Origin: Octopus sinensis
Taxonomy: Eukaryota
Assembly: GCF_006345805.1 (NCBI RefSeq)
Contig: NC_043014.1
Span: 11,408,001 to 11,472,000, forward strand
DNA length: 64,000 nucleotides
Reading direction: 5' to 3'
Shown here in pieces: positions 63,241 to 64,000 of the stretch. A program made the position numbers and the translations under genes. The notes beneath the pieces were generated by a model that had not been told where the DNA came from, ran no database searches, and worked only from the letters and a program-made list of their open reading frames with translations. How positions within the stretch are numbered: position 1 is the stretch's first letter; each line of letters begins with the position of its first letter.

Positions 63241-64000
63241 ATTACTATTAATTCGTGTGTTTTTCAATTATTTTATCAATTAATCTATTCATTTCGACAA
63301 CTTTATGGAAGAGCTAACACGGGTCACTTAATGTGGTCGTTCAGCTTTACTAGAAATAACAACCAAATTTCCCTCGTATCACGCTGTACATTCTTTTATA
63401 GAAGATTAATAATAACTACCAAGAGGGCGAAGGTAAAGAATATGCACACCCGGTGTTAAGGGTTTAGGTTTAGGGCATCCTTTCGGGGTCGATTAAGTAT
63501 CAGTTACACACTGGAGTCGATATAATCGACTTAATCCGTTTGTCTTCTGTGTTTAGCCCCTTGTGGGTAGTAAAGAAATAGGTTTAGGATTAGGGTTACA
63601 CCGAAAACGGGTAGTGTGCGTATTTGCCGCCGTCGAAAAGCGAAAGGGATTGGCATTAGATGCCATTGATCATAGGTCTGCTGACGGGGCTAACCCGTGG
63701 TTAAATAATTTGTTGTGTATGTAAGTATGTGTGTGTGTATATAGAGAGACGGAATTACAGAAAGAGACAATGGTGTAAATAAACTGCTTGGGTTTTATGT
63801 ACAGATTCTATAGGATATACGTGTAAACAGAAAGAAAGCAAAGATTGAAAAAAAAGTTTTCAGACGAGAAAAAGTGAGAGGAGATATGTCTATATATTAA
63901 CGGAGCAAACTTTTACAGAGTACAGAGACACAGAAAAATATATATAGGTCGAAATATTTGGTTTAGAAAATTGCAGTTTTACTTTTAACAAAATCATTTC

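Overview
This is eukaryotic, highly repetitive DNA, most likely from a coleoid cephalopod (Octopus sp.), judged from the SINE families and extreme microsatellite density. It contains one 100-N scaffold gap (20688-20787). Two protein-coding genes are supported. (1) A minus-strand NEURL2/Ozz-like gene (one Neuralized/NHR domain plus a C-terminal SOCS box) has three inferred coding exons (62030-61977, 47771-47084, 32188-32073), two introns of about 14-15 kb, and encodes 285 aa. (2) The first coding exon of a plus-strand SEH1-like WD40 nucleoporin/GATOR2 subunit (62965-63075) lies head-to-head with it, 935 bp from ATG to ATG. The rest is mostly transposon debris and simple repeats: several SINE families, degenerate CR1/L2-group and RTE LINE pieces, Tc1/mariner, piggyBac-like and Helitron non-autonomous elements, a Gypsy RNase H foldback and a Penelope-like GIY-YIG fragment. 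The most interesting signal is a set of minimal type I hammerhead ribozyme motifs. Two intact ones lie on the transcribed strand of NEURL2 intron 2, inside an inverted, tandemly duplicated cassette. Most ORFs in the supplied track are microsatellite or SINE artefacts. No database searches were run, so family names come from recognised motifs and repeat boundaries are approximate. I found no convincing wholly new protein-coding system.
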